From NCBI GenBank assembly GCA_951406725.2, contig OX597820.1, positions 30,442,001-30,506,000 on the forward strand: a stretch of DNA of 64,000 nucleotides, in the 5' to 3' direction. How positions within the stretch are numbered: position 1 is the first letter of the stretch; every line of letters starts with the position of its first letter. A model generated the notes under the pieces. That model saw only the letters and a list, made by a program, of their open reading frames with translations, did no database searches and was not told the DNA's origin. Position numbers and translations under genes: made by a program. This DNA comes from Octopus vulgaris (taxonomy: Eukaryota). Shown here one piece after another: positions 22,602 through 36,199 of the stretch.

Positions 22602-23652
22602 TTGAGTCATCTCAAATAACGCGGGTTTTTCATTTGCATGAACTAACAGTCGGATGGGGACAGGATAAACTACCTGGACCAACTAGCTATAAAAGCAGGT
22701 AGTGACTTTACCTTGAACTTATTCTTAGTGCAAGTTTTGAAGAGTGCAGTTCGATTTTAAGTTATTTTTACAAAGCAATAATGGAAGTGACAAAGGAGCA
22801 TATTCAGCATATTTTGCTTTATGAGTTCAATAAAGGTAACTATGCAAATGAAAGTGAGACATCTGCATGCCATTGGAAAAGTCAGCAAATTGGGTCAATA
22901 GGTTCTTTACAAATTTTCTGAGTCTAACCATATGCAGAGAGCAGATGTATGCTCTTCTTTGTTGTCACGTCTCACAAATGAACTTTTTTCAACCGAATAA
23001 TGACTGGTGATGAGAAATGGGTTCTCTATAAATATGTCAAGTGCTGAAGACAGTGGGTAGAGAAAGGAGAAATACCAGCACCCCCGGCTAAAGAATGTTT
23101 TCACCCATGTAAGGTGTTGTTATCTATTTGGTGGGATATGAAAGGTTTAATCCACTTTGAGCTTTTAAGCCCAAACCAAATGATAACAAAAGGGATCTAC
23201 TGCAAGCAGCTTGAGTGGCTTAAGTCAGTGCTAGAAGGAAAATGACCATCCTTGGTTTCAAGACAAAAGGTGTTCTTCCATCAAGATAATGCTCAGCCAC
23301 ATGCAGTGAGAATGACATTACAAAGGTCGGAGCAGTTTGAATGGGAAACGATGCCCCACTTGCTACATTTACTGGACATTGCCCCATCTGATTATTGTTT
23401 ATTCCGTAGTCTTCAAAATCATTTGGATGGAAAAAAATATGATTTCTGTAGACGATGTCAGAACAGTACTGGAGGAATATTTTTCGTCATGGACAAGTGA
23501 AATTTGGAAGAGGGGCTTTGCAAGTCTACCAGAGAGATGGAAGAGCATTGTAGAAAATGAAGGAGAGCATATTTTGGACTAAAAAAGAACTTTGTTTATC
23601 TTAATTTTGAAAAATGAAAGCATAAAAAACACATTATTTATGGGATGATCCA
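22602..23652 (+). mobile_element. Internally deleted decayed mariner
   Basis: Degenerate TIRs (TTGAGTCATCTCAAATAA / TTATTTATGGGATGATCCA). Transposase remnant 22781-23582: MEVTKEHIQHILLYEFNKG, IMTGDEKWVLY, SIWWDMKG, FHQDNAQPH, DIAPSDYCLFRSLQNHL, LPERWKSIVENEGEHILD*. Confidence 0.9.
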
Positions 23653-23654
23653 CT

Positions 23655-23900
23655 CGGAGTGGTTGGTGTAAGGAAGGGCATCCAGCTGTAGAAATTCTGC
23701 CAGATCAGAGTGGAGTCTGGTGCAGCCATCTGGTTCACCAGACCTCAGTCAAATTGTCCAACCCATGCTAGCATGGAAAGTGGACGTTAAACGATGATGA
23801 TGATGATGATATATATATATATATATATAGTGTATCCCGGTCAAACCGTCCAACCCGTGCTAGCATGGAAAATGGATGTTAAACGATGATGATGATGATA
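23655..23900 (+). mobile_element. SINE 3' region with RTE-like (GAT)n tail, plus a duplicated tail
   Basis: 'gtggttggtgtaaggaagggcatccagctgtagaaa...ccaacccatgctagcatggaaagtggacgttaaacgatgatgat'. Relatives at 19070-19240(+), 30950-31110(-), 56866-57050(-), 59640-59857(+) and 62147-62325(-). Confidence 0.8.
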
Positions 23901-24604
23901 TATATATATATACTGTATATACATACACACTTATATACACGTGTATTTGTTCCCCACCTCCACTTGACAACCATTGTTCATTTGTTTACTTAGCAGCAGC
24001 TTAGTAATTTGGCATAAGAGACCAATAGAATAAATGCCAGCCTTAAGAATAAGTACTGGGGTTGGTTCATTTGACTAAGAGCCTTCAAGGTGGTACCACA
24101 GCATAACTGTAGTCCAATGACTGAAACAAGTAAAAAAGTAAAGGGTTAATGTTGAAGAGTTTTTGAAACATAATCACAGAAGAGATAATACTGTGATGGT
24201 ATAAGGAAACTATTCTCTTTACTGGAGCCTATATAACTCTTTTAATATCAACCCTATCCTGAAACTTCCCTTGTAAGGCTTTGACTGAGATTCACCAAGC
24301 AGTGATTTAACATGATTGGATGCTTAAATTTCTAATGACCATAGTGATTACATTTGTGTTATCGTTAAATTATAAATATGAGAAGTGAACATTACGTGTG
24401 TGTATATATGTGTGTGTGTGTGGGTGACTTTGCAGTTTCAGTTTGAATTCACAAATGAGAGATTTATCTAGAAACTGATTAGACATTGTGCTTCACTTAT
24501 GACTATTCCATAAAGATTTTTGGTTAAAAAAGAAATTTCAAGAAAACTCAACAAAACCATATCCTTCTTACCTTTCCAGAAAGCTGATTCTGAGAACATG
24601 CATT

Positions 24605-25055
24605 CCTCATATTGATTTGGTACCTATTACTAACAGTAGTTTAGTCTTTGAACTTACAAGTGAAATGTTCTCTATAGTACACCTGAGCATTGTATACAAT
24701 AAGATCATTATCATTATTTCTCAAATTGATTTGGTCCTCATTACTGACAGTAATAGGAATCAAATTATTGGTAGGCTGTGGTTTGAGGCCGAAAATTCTC
24801 CATATTGATCTGGTATTTATTCCAAACAGCCATTACTGGTAGACTCTTGTCTGAAAATCTACATTCCCTAGATTGATATGACAGCTTCCCTTTTAGCTAA
24901 TTTAGTGTCTGGTCTGAAACAGAATATATTGATCTTGTACCTATTCATCAAATAATCTAGTATCTATTTCTGATAGCTAGGTGAACTGACAGGTAGAATC
25001 TATTCTGAAGCTGAACAACCCCACACTGATCTTGTGTCTACACCTGACAATAAGA
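24605..25055. repeat. Degenerate dispersed tandem motif
   Basis: About 6 copies of 'attgatyt(g/t)gt.cct...ctgaca' at irregular 60-115 bp spacing. Confidence 0.45.
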
Positions 25056-25129
25056 TAATATTGTTTAGCTAGATCATCTTTGATTGAGTAGAACTGTGAG
25101 CAGAATTATGTTCCTGCTTCGTCTTTTTA

Positions 25130-27850
25130 TATATTCAGGACATTAACCAATGTGTCGTACTTTTTAGCTACAAACCCTACTTTTTAAGACAGAGAGCGAA
25201 ATTTGGGCGCTGTTTCTACCAGATGAAGCCACTGAGTAGAGACTCATTTGTTCCTCTGTGGTAATGTAGATGTAATAAGCATTCTGCTTAGACTCAATGA
25301 AAAACAGCACGATTTGAAGTTCAGAACCATGTGTGTGCATACAGTGGAAATAAACAGGTATATGAGTTGTCTGCTACATAACAAACGGCAGAAAGATGTC
25401 GAGTAGGGGTTAACAAATGAGAGCGAAAGGAGGGAAGGAAGAATAGACGTTATCAAATAAATAGAAAACAACGAAAAGTTGCATTGAACTAAATAATAAA
25501 ACGGTATATTGATCGCCTTGCCAGATATAGCCTTATATACATCCGTATGCATGCATGTATGTATGTATGTATGTATGTGTGTGTGTGAGTGTGTATGAAA
25601 GAGGGTCATCCAAGGTAAGCGTGAGAGATAAAGGAAACGAACGAAAATAGTTGATCAGTTAAAGAGAAAAACATGAATACTTGAGAAAATACGTACATTC
25701 ATACACACTCACATTTCTACACAGTTTATTGTTTATATATATATATATATATATATACATACATACATATATATATATATACATACAGGTTTATATATAT
25801 ATATATATAAAGCACCAAATGTTTTCCTTTTTATTTCTTTTTGCTACCTGCTTGATGTTTTTAGCGCAATGTTATGAGATATACCGAGTGTGCTTAGCGA
25901 GAGGGAGACAGGGTGAGAACTAAGACATGCTGCGAATGATGACTGCGACACTTACATCACCACTAAGATAACATGAGTAACAACTGATCGGGGGTTTGGG
26001 GTGCAACCTCATAACACTCTTTTTGTTACTTGTAGGTGTCTAGCAGGCCCTACTTACACCGAAATAATTCGTAGTAGTTTTTAGAGGTTACAGTTTAATT
26101 GCTTCTCTCTCCGATAATATCTGAAATAGCAACCTTCTATAATGATTTATTATTATTTTATTACATAGGCTAGCATTATAAATAGGATATGGCAAGTTCC
26201 AGCACACCTCATACCTTCTATATTTTGTTTTTATCGATCCCATCGTTTTCTGACGGAAGAAAGAGGATATAATTTCTCGGTGAGGTTTGACCGAATCAGT
26301 TGTAAAAATAAAATAAGATAAATTCAAGTCTAAGATGGGTAAATAAGGTAGTATTGAATTCATGTCCTTTCCTAAGGGCAATACAGTAGCAGGGGTAAGT
26401 AAAATGATTCTAACCAGAACTGGAAAGCACGCCGGAAGCTTTAACTTTACGCTATTGTAGAGTCGAGACGACCCTTTATGCTATGGTACAGACGATGATT
26501 TCAGCTCTAATAATAACAATATTTAAAAAATGGTGGTGATTATTTTTAACCCCCAGATCAGTCTTGATCGAGCAGACCAATGATCAAAAACATTGTAGCT
26601 ATTACCATCCTTGTAGATATGACCCTATTCTCTTTCTCTCGTTCTTTTTTTCTGTGTGTGTGTATATCGTTTATTGTCAAATGTGTCAAGTCATTATTTA
26701 AGACGGTGGGGTGTGATTTGAGGGATATTTGGCCGCTCTTTCTAGCAAATCGAGGAACCGTATTATGACGAGATTAGTAAGGAAAAAAAAAGCACTAATC
26801 AATGATAGACACTAACAACTACAGGGGTTATAAGAACAAAAAAAAAAGGTTTACTTTTTTTCTCGATACGAAACATACCTTTGTAACCATCTTCCTCCAT
26901 CACGTCTCTCCTGCCGATCAGCTTGGTAAGAAGGACATTTCCAGTGACGACCAGCACTGTCCGAATAAAATAGTGGACATCGAAGAGGACATAGGCTGCC
27001 AGCACGATGTAGCAACTGTAGTTCTTGAAAATGCCGCCGATTTTGGCAAAAGACATTTCGTAAATCATGGTCAGACGGCGATGCGAACCTGGGGCACAGG
27101 ACAGTTGGGTGGCATGGAGGGAGAAATAGAGCTGTAAATTAGAAAGGTATTAGTTATTCGTTAGCTACGGAGTGTCCGGCTGAGCTGTTCGTTCATGGCT
27201 TCTAGAGGTTGATTTACAATGAGCCGGTACTGTGAGGTGAAGGAAGAGCAGGAACGTCCGCCTGAGATAGTGTAATGATGAATGATGAATGAGAAAGAGC
27301 CATCCAGTACAATAGAGAGAGAAATACGAGAGAAGCAGATTGGTGGTGCGAGGTAACAGGCCAGCAAATGAAAGAGGCAAGAATGAGCAAATGAGGGAGA
27401 GAGACAGAGAGAAAACGAGAAATGGGGAAAGAGAGAGAAATAGACAGAGTGAAAGAGCGAGAGAGAGAAGATAGAAGTAGATTGGTGGAGATGAGAGGTA
27501 ACAGGCCGGTAAATAAAAAAGGGGGATTGGCATGAATAAAGGGAGGGAGAAGGAGAGAGAAGAAAGTGCGAAGTTGGGGAGTGCGAGTGAAAGGAAGAGA
27601 AACAGAGTAAAAGAGAGGTTAGAGAAATGCTCGGATAAGATGAAGAGAAGGCAGAGAAAATAGAAATATAGAAAGAGACGAGGGAGAGAGAGTAATACTG
27701 AGAGGTAATATACCGGCAAGTGAAGCGGTATGGAAAGGTGGGGCGGGGGAACCGCTGCGGTAAGAAAGATAATATGATAAAGGAGAGGAGTGGGAGGAGA
27801 CGGTATAAAGAGAAAGTAACTTTCCGTTTACTCCGACTGATGTACTATTG
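25130..27850 (-). promoter_or_regulatory. CpG-retaining region around the THEM6 5' end (likely promoter/first-exon region)
   Basis: Visibly more CG dinucleotides than the CpG-depleted flanks. A possible 5'-UTR acceptor (gccccag|g) lies at 27088. Confidence 0.5.
26879..27068 (-). CDS. THEM6: THEM6-like thioesterase, coding exon 1
   Basis: ACC-ATG start (alternative Met at codon 5). MIYEMSFAKIGGIFKNYSCYIVLAAYVLFDVHYFIRTVLVV...RRDVMEEDGYK with a hydrophobic N-terminus and the THEM6-like 'FDVxYFxR'. Donor G|gtatgt; 190+200+234 nt gives 207 aa plus stop. Confidence 0.9.
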
Positions 27851-28201
27851 TAGAGTTTTTTTAATAGGAAAGTGAAAGAGGAAATATTGCTTTCAACTTT
27901 TGGCACAAAGCCAGCAATTTTAGGAGAGGGTGTAGGTCAATGTAATCGACTTCAGTTCTTGACTGGTACTATATTTGATCGACTTCCATAGGATGAAGGG
28001 CAAGGTTGACCACAGGCGAATCTGGACTGAGAATGTAAAGAGCTAGAAGAAATGCTGCTAAGCATTTTCTCCAACGCGCTAACCATTCTGCCGGTTCGCC
28101 CCGCTTGAAATCGGAAATATTGTACTGTCAGTAGTTGTCCTTCAATTCAAAGTCAGCCTCAACCGAGCAGATCTACAATCCAGAATCAGACCATCACTAT
28201 T

Positions 28202-28236
<35 letters not shown>

Positions 28237-28663
28237 GCACAACTTAGCCCAATATATATTTTTCTTAGGAGTGGCTGTGTGACAAGTAGCTTGTTTACCA
28301 ACCACATGGTTCCGGGTGGCACTTTGGGCAAGTGTCTTCTACTATAGCTTCAGGTCGACCAAAGCTTTGTGAGTGGATTTGGTAGACGGAAACTGAAAGA
28401 AGCCTGTCGTATATATGTGTGCGTGTCTGTATTTGTCCCCCAACATCGCTTGGCGACCGATGCTGGTGTGATTACGTCACCATAACTTAGCGGTTGGGTA
28501 AAAAGAGACTGATAGAATAAGTACTAGGCTTACAAAGAATAAGTCCTGGGGTTGATTTGCTCGACTAAAGGCGGTGCTCCAGCATGGCCACAGTCACATG
28601 ACTGAAACAAGTAAAAGAAGGGTTTAGTAAATTGCTAATATGTATACAGAAATTAATATAAAC

Positions 28664-29059
28664 AGCCATGTGCAATGTGTTACTGTAAAGGAAAACCATA
28701 ATTGCAACTAAATGCGATGAAGGGTGTTAGAACACCTACATTGCTAGAAATAAGAGTTAAAATGTTCTAATGCTGTAGTTAAAGCACATAATTATAAACA
28801 TATATGCTGACAGGGGCTGTAATTGTCCAAAACACCAGTTGAGAGTTTCTTATACTGAGTGATCAGTTGAGCTATTTTTGTAGTGTCGTCAGTAAGGACC
28901 ACTTGCTCGGCTGATTCCAGGCTTAATTGCCTATCAGCATATATGTAATCACCATAAAAATTCATGGATGTATTTCTAGCAATGTAGGTGTTCTAACATC
29001 CTTAGCTGCATTTAGTGACAATTAGAGTTTTTCTTTATGGCAACACATTGCGCATGGCT
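28664..29059. mobile_element. Foldback element / long-TIR MITE
   Basis: 28664-28752 pairs with 28971-29059 (~89-bp imperfect arms). Inner arms ACATATATGCTGACAGG / CCTATCAGCATATATGT. Confidence 0.75.
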
Positions 29060-31299
29060 TTTTCGGCAAACCTATAATGAAAATTTGTCTCCTTTTTCTT
29101 TTTCAATATACTATATCTATGCATAATTCAATGTGTTTATAGTACAGTGTTGCTATTTAACACCAGGTCAGTGTAGACTGAGCAGCTCTATGATCAGCTG
29201 AGCTATCTTTTGTTTTCTGGCATAGTGTATTGAGGATTGCCTCACCAAATGTGTCCTTCCTATTTTTCAAGACTGGAGTTGATATAAAGGAGATTCAGCT
29301 GCTATTTGCAGTAGGTCAATCTTTTGCTCTCTGGCATAGTATATCTAGGACTTACCAAATGTGTCTTACCTTTTTTTCAAGACTGTAGACGAGATTCAGC
29401 TACTATTTCTAACAGTTTGAGTGACTATGTAGAACTTTCCTTGTTGACCTGTGTGCTGTAATCTGGTGTTGCTAATTGAGCAGACTTATGATCAACGGAA
29501 ATCCAGCCATGACCATTTCCTCCTTATTTTAGAAAGTGAATCTAGCTTTGTTGTTCAATGTGTCATAGGACTTTTTAAGCCAGTAGAGTATGATTTTGAT
29601 TTGAGGGTGATTTGAATGCTATGTCCAGCAGATTGGATGAATGTGCTTTCATAGACAGTACTTTCTTATGGTTGTTGTTTAACAACAGGTCACCCAAATG
29701 AACAGTCCTAAGTGAACAGTCCAAAGCCTTTAGCCTGTTAATCACATCTTTGTTTCAAGTAAAAACATATCCTGGATGTATGTCTTTCATTTGTAAGACT
29801 GCTGTTTCAAGCTGCTTGAGCAACCCTGTAGGCTGTTTATATACCTTGTGGAAACACTCAAATATTTTCATACAAACAATTTGATTTGTTTTTTACGTGA
29901 TATTCGTTCAATTCTGTTTAACACCTTGTGCACTCATACAGGTAGGAAAATTGCCAAATGCAGACAATGACTCTTTTCTTATCTTTTTTTGTAAGTATGT
30001 GTGCGGGTAAGATGCCAATATAAAAAAAGAAAAAAAAACCATTCTCATCTGATTTGGTGCTGGCATCACAATACTGACACCACCTCTCCACCAACTTCAA
30101 AGGAATTGATCTCAGCATTTACAAGTCAGCAAAACATTGGTAAGTTATTTAATGCCAACGTAAACAGCACTTCTCCATTAGCTAACAGCAACAGACACTT
30201 TTCCATTAGCTAATAGCCATCTTATTACTAACATTAGACCTTGGATAAAGCAATGTACTAGGGCTTATAGCATATATTTATTAACAGTAAATCACAGCAT
30301 ACATATATTAACACTGGGCCCCTGGACCTGTGGGGCTTTCAGGCAATTGCCCATGCATAAAGATGGCATTGAATGACAGCCTCTATGCAATTGTTTGATT
30401 TGCTAAATCAAAGAAAATCTCACTCTATTCACATCCTAAAGGAAAAGAAGAAACTTACTAGTTATGGATGAAAACAAAAATAGACAAAATCAAATGATCC
30501 TTGTTGAAACGTATTTGATCATAAGCCAACTTGGTTAGAGCTGATTTGGGGCTTACTAACCAATACTCCATTTTTTTAGTAAGTTACTCTTTTACTTGTT
30601 TCAGTCATGTGACTGTAGCCATGCTGGACCACCACATTTAGTCAAGCAAATCGACCCCAAGACTTATTCTTTGTAAGCCTAGTACTTATTCTATCAGTCT
30701 CTTTTGCCGAACTGCTAAGTTATGGGGAAGTAAACACACCAGCATCGGTTGTCATTTCATTTCATGTTGCTCCAGCCCATTCAGCTGTAAATAGATGTAA
30801 CCCTGTGAGGGAATAGTCATCCAATCAAGGGGAACAATGGCCTGGTGGCCTAGTTCAGAAGCTAAAGCAATGCGAAGTGCATTGTGACCATCTGATAATC
30901 TGGTTGATACCATGATTTTATAGATATGTATATATATATATTGTAATCCTCATCATCACTTAACGTCCACCTTCTCTGCTGGGATGAGCTGGAGAATTTG
31001 ATAGGTCTGAGGACTGCTGTGTACACCAATGTTTACTTTGGCATGGTTTTTACAAGTGGATACCCTTCTTAGTGCCAACAATTTCACAGAATATACTGGA
31101 TACTTTTATTGTGGAACCAGAACTAGTGAAATTGCTTTGCAGCTTGCAAGACTAATATCGCTTTCCTCTCAGTGGAGGGATAATAGAAAGTGAGGTGGCT
31201 TTATCCTATGAGATGAGGAGCTGAAATATGAATGAAGGGGTCATTGCAGAACAGTTTACTTACTGTAGAGAAGCTATATGGCTACTCACATTATGAATG

Positions 31300-31980
31300 A
31301 GTGGGTAGGAGTAACTAGGGTGGAGCTGGAGAGATGAAAATAAGGATGATAAAGTGTCAAGGTGGACCCTCAGAATATGAGCTGAGGAGAAGTGAGTGGG
31401 AACAGAACAGAGAATGTGGGTAAGTAGAGGTTGCTAGAGTGTATGGGAAGAGTGAGAGATGGATAGAGATGGGGAATAAGTGAGTGGGTGAAAATAATGA
31501 ATAAAGAAACAATGGTTGTAAGATGAAAATTATACATTGGATGACAGGCAGAGAAGAGCAGTTGATGACTAGAGATTGGTAGGGCTGAGGAGTGAATGTA
31601 ATGAATGGGGGACAAGTGTGAAGGAGTGATTGATGATATGTATGAGATGAAGGGCAGTAAGGGAGAAATGGTGATAACTGACAGTGCAGAAAGAGTTGAA
31701 GAGTAACAGAATAGAAATAATAATACAGTAAACTGAGGAAGGATGAGAGAAAGGGAGATGATGTGTGTGAGAGGAGGTTGCAAAAGTGTGAGGGAGAAGT
31801 AAGAACAGAACATAGAAGTAGTAAGAGATGAATGATAGTGGAGAAGAATTGATAATTTTGTGGCACAATAGGGAGATCAATGCAAAATGTGAGTGGAGAG
31901 GGACAATATTAAGAATGAAGGATGTATATTGAGTGAAATGGTTCCAAGAAGGGAGAAAGACAACTGGTTGAGGAAATCTC
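31300..31980. repeat. Purine-rich low-complexity tract
   Basis: Strong G/A strand skew. Similar tracts at 27290-27830 and 52430-52610, with pyrimidine-rich mirrors at 34090-34620 and 18750-19030. Confidence 0.7.
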
Positions 31981-32375
31981 ATAAAATCCACAATTAATGC
32001 AACAAAATACTGCAGTTAGGTAGGTAATAGAGCAGGTCAGTAAGGTAAAGACCCCTTCAGTCATGAATGACAATGGAACTGCACCTAGAAAGTTACCCTC
32101 TAAGGCATAAGTCTGGGAAAAGTTGTTTATGGAAGACCAGCAGTCACCCATGCATACCAACCTCCCCTCTCCATGCCACTGCTATTATCCAAGGGAAAGG
32201 CAAACACTAATACAGCTTGGCACCAGTGACATTGCAACTCATTTCTACAGCTGAGTGAACTGAAGCAACATGAAATAAAGTGTCTTGCTCAAGAACACAA
32301 CCCAGTCCAGGAATCAAACTCTCTACCTCACACTCAAACCGTTGAGCCATGCACCCAGTGATATATGTATAAGTA

Positions 32376-32533
32376 TGGAATAAACTGCCTGCGTCAGTTG
32401 TTGACTGCCATGACACTGCATCCTTTAAGGCCCTCATGCTTTCCGAAATCCGCCGAAACTACACCTGATTATATATACACTTTAGATGAGTTGTAGTGCA
32501 CCTGAGCACTGTACACAATTATTATTATTATTA
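32376..32533 (+). mobile_element. CR1/L2-type LINE 3' end
   Basis: WNKLPASVVDCHDTASFKALMLSEIRRNYT* (typical ORF2 'WNxLP...SFK' ending), followed by a short 3' hairpin and an (ATT)n tail. Confidence 0.75.
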
Positions 32534-34827
32534 TATGATGGGCTTTGTACAGTTTCTGTCTACCCACAAGGCCTTAGTTGGGCTAGAGCTATAGTAGAAG
32601 GCTCTAGCCCAAAGTATACAGTGGGACTGAACCCAAAACATTGTGATGTCAAAGCAAACTCCCTAACCACACATCCATGACACTGCCTACCATCCATATC
32701 GCAATCTTTCGCAAATGATTACCTACAGTCCTGTATGGTACACATTCCAGATCTTTATTTTTTATCACTAACATGGTGGTCAAGAACAAAACTGATCCAG
32801 TGGAGGAACAGCACCAGTTTAGAAAATACAAGTGATAAGACAAGCTATTTGGGAGCATTAAGTTTCAGGTTCAAACCCTACCATAATAAACGTCACCATT
32901 CTACATGGATAGACCTTGAGCCTATTGCAAATAAGCTACCGAATAACCACATCAGGACATCTATTTTCTTAATTGCTTTGCCAAGGAAAGATCTGGAGTA
33001 TCCTTGACTATTCCCAAGCCTTTTGAGACTAGTAGGAAAGGGAAGAGACAGGAAGTTATACTTTGACTAGAAATATGGCCTAAATGCTTGAAACAGTGAG
33101 GCAACCAAGGGACAGATTGTGGTATTAAACCAGACAACAATGGTTTATGTCTACCACAAATAATAGCTGGTGAACTGCCAATGATTCAGCTAAAGGGCCT
33201 ATAATCATACTATTACTACTACTACTGCTGCAGCTACTACTACTACAGAATACGTAGTAGTCTAGACAAGTGGATGCAGAAAAACTTTAAAAAAATGAAT
33301 AGATTTTGTAAGTCAACAAAATTACATAAGGGAAATAATTTGTATAAAATTAAGGGACGTAACTCTTTACTTTGCACGCTACATTGTGCGAAAGAACCTA
33401 CTGAAACTATTTTCTATTGTTTAAAGAAAAAAAAATAATTAAAAAATGAAATGACTCCAAAAAGCATTTAACCCAGGGAGCAGAAAGGCCACAAAAGTTT
33501 TGGAGCGATTATGTTTGGAACGCTAATCGACGGAGAAAAAGTAACTATGACCAAACTCGGAACAAAAGTTGACTCACAACAGTCCATGCTACAACTATCT
33601 CGTCCTGCAACATTAACTTGCTGTATACATGAAAGACAGGTGTATAAGGAATTACATATAATATCCACAGCACATATATAAGACACAATAAAGCACGCAA
33701 TATGCTACAGAAACGTACTTAATACACTTACAGTTACTATATTAGACCAACACAAAGAAACAAAAGTAATGATGTACAAACAAATACATTAGATCCACCA
33801 TGGATGATATCATTCTTATATGTACATTCACCCACATATAAGTAGTTGAGCATTATTAGTGTTAGTGGCTCAGAACTCTATTTAACCAACAGACCCTACA
33901 GAAGTAGAATGCATTGAGGAACTAGGCTCAATGTGTAATATGATCCTCAGATGGATGCTTAGCATTTTGGAGTAATGGATCACTCCTAACAAGCAGACTC
34001 AAAATAGCACTTGTAAAATCCACTGGAGATGGTGAGGTTTATATCTACATTTGAGTCTCTCCTGATTATTACATTCATATTAAGCTTTCATATACCCACC
34101 ACCCATCTCCTATCAAAGTACCACTCTATTATCACTGTATCTCTCTTCCATCATGCCACCATTGTAATAAGAGATGTTAAGGTATGACATTTGTTTTTAA
34201 CATCACACACATCTCTTTCCTCCACTACTGCCTGACCTATTATTGCTCATTATCAATATCCACTATGTCCACTTTCTTACCATCACTATTTACCATTCTC
34301 TCCACATTATCACTATATTACTAATTCTTAATATTCACTGCCCTCTCACTTCCACCAAACTGTATCTCACTTTGGTTCTGTCACCTCAGAACATGCAGTT
34401 TCTTTTTCTCTAACCATCACATAGCTATCCATAAACCTCTCTTTCTCTCCCCCTTTACTCTCTGCTCCAGCATTGTGGTTCTTCTCCTTTATGCTTCTAT
34501 CATTCATTCAGTTGTTTCTTCTATCCAATGGTCTTACCAACAACCATCATATAGTTGTCTAACACCTTGTTGCTTCTATCAGTTTTTTGTTTTTTACTCT
34601 TATCACCCTTAAACTCTGGCTTTCTCACTCAATTGTAGGGGAAAGAAAAAATGCATGAAGACAATGTAGGGGAAGAAGGGACTTCCTTTGGTTTTATCGG
34701 GGATGAACAATGTGTGTGTGTGTGTCTGTGCCTACATATATACTCACAAGCACACTAATTAACCACCATTTACAAAACCCAATATCTTTAATCAAATACA
34801 CTAGCATTAAGATACCTTATGCTAGAA

Positions 34828-35081
34828 CAGTGATTCCCAAACTTTTTTGGGCTGCCACCCTCTTGACACTCAGGCCGCATTCCCAGTTCCCCCACCCCAA
34901 ACATAGACCTCTTTCTGAAGCAAATTCAGAGCAACTGTATTTCACAAATAAAACTTAACCTAACAAACCCATTTTGTTTTTTTTACACGAGTCACCTTCT
35001 CATTATCGCCCCACTTTTTTCAATGCCCCCTTGGAACATCCCACCACCCCAGGGAGGCAATACTGCCCACTGTAGGAACTG
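34828..35081. mobile_element. hAT-type MITE
   Basis: 5' CAGTGATTCCCAAAC and degenerate 3' end GTAGGAACTG. 8-bp TSD TGCTAGAA/CACTAGAA. Confidence 0.55.
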
Positions 35082-36159
35082 CACTAGAATATAATACTAG
35101 TATGCCCACAGTCTTAAAGACACTGCTTTTAACAGTGACATAAGCTCATATGTATATGACAGTTATCTTGCATCTTAATGCAATAAAGTGTTCCCTGATG
35201 ATATATTGTTGTGGCTGAGTACTTGTAATAATCAATGCAGGGTGCTATTTGCTCTGTAGTTTATAATACAACTCAATATGGAAGTCACAAATATCTTTTA
35301 CTTGCTTTAGTCATTAGACTGAGTCCATGCTGGGGCACCACTTCAAAGAATTTTAGCCGAAGAATCAAGCCCAGTACTTATTCTATCAGACACTTTAGCT
35401 GAACCACTAAGTTATAGGAACGTAAACACACCAACATCAGTTGTCAAGTGGTGGTGGGGAACAAACACACACAACAGGTTTCTTTCAGTTTCTGATTTGC
35501 CAAATACACCCACAAAGTTCATTGGCCCAAGGCTGTAACAGAAGACACTGGCCCAAGGCTGTAACAGAAGACACTTGCCCAAGGGATTGAACCCAGAACC
35601 ATGTAGTTTGGAAGCAAACTTCTTACTACACAGCCACACCTGCACCTATACACACAAAGAGACTTCTGTAGTTTGTCAACCAAATTCTACTCACCAGTAT
35701 GATCCAAAGCTATAAGAGACACTTGTTCAAGATTGCACACAGTTGGACTGAACCTGGAACCACATGATTGAAAAGTGGTCTTCTTAACTACACAGCATGA
35801 TCTAAAGGAACCAATGCCACTCAACGTTGATATTAAAAATAAAAACAAATGAAAACAAAAATGCTATTTTAGTTAAGGAGAACTTAAAAAGGTTTAATAA
35901 AAGAGGGAAAAAAAGTTATTTTTATATATATTTACATGTGTATACATAGAATATATAGTTTTATATACACACTCACTGTGTGCTTGTATATACACACACA
36001 CACACATATATATATGCACACGCACACACACATTTACAATTTTGAACAAAGAGAAATATGCAAATACAAAGTATGTTCATATGATAATAAAATTCTTAAA
36101 CAGGTTTTGCTTTGTTTAAAAAATATAAACTTGTATTTGTCATTCAACTCTAAGTTAAC

Positions 36160-36199
<40 letters not shown>

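Noticed and set aside
26802-27137. 111-aa plus-strand ORF
   Set aside because: Antisense shadow of THEM6 exon 1.
27165-27719. 184-aa minus-strand ORF rich in L/S/F
   Set aside because: By-product of a CT-rich low-complexity strand; no domain signal.
31357-31991. Three overlapping 140-169 aa minus-strand ORFs
   Set aside because: Pyrimidine-rich strand depleted of stop codons; open in all three frames, so compositional.
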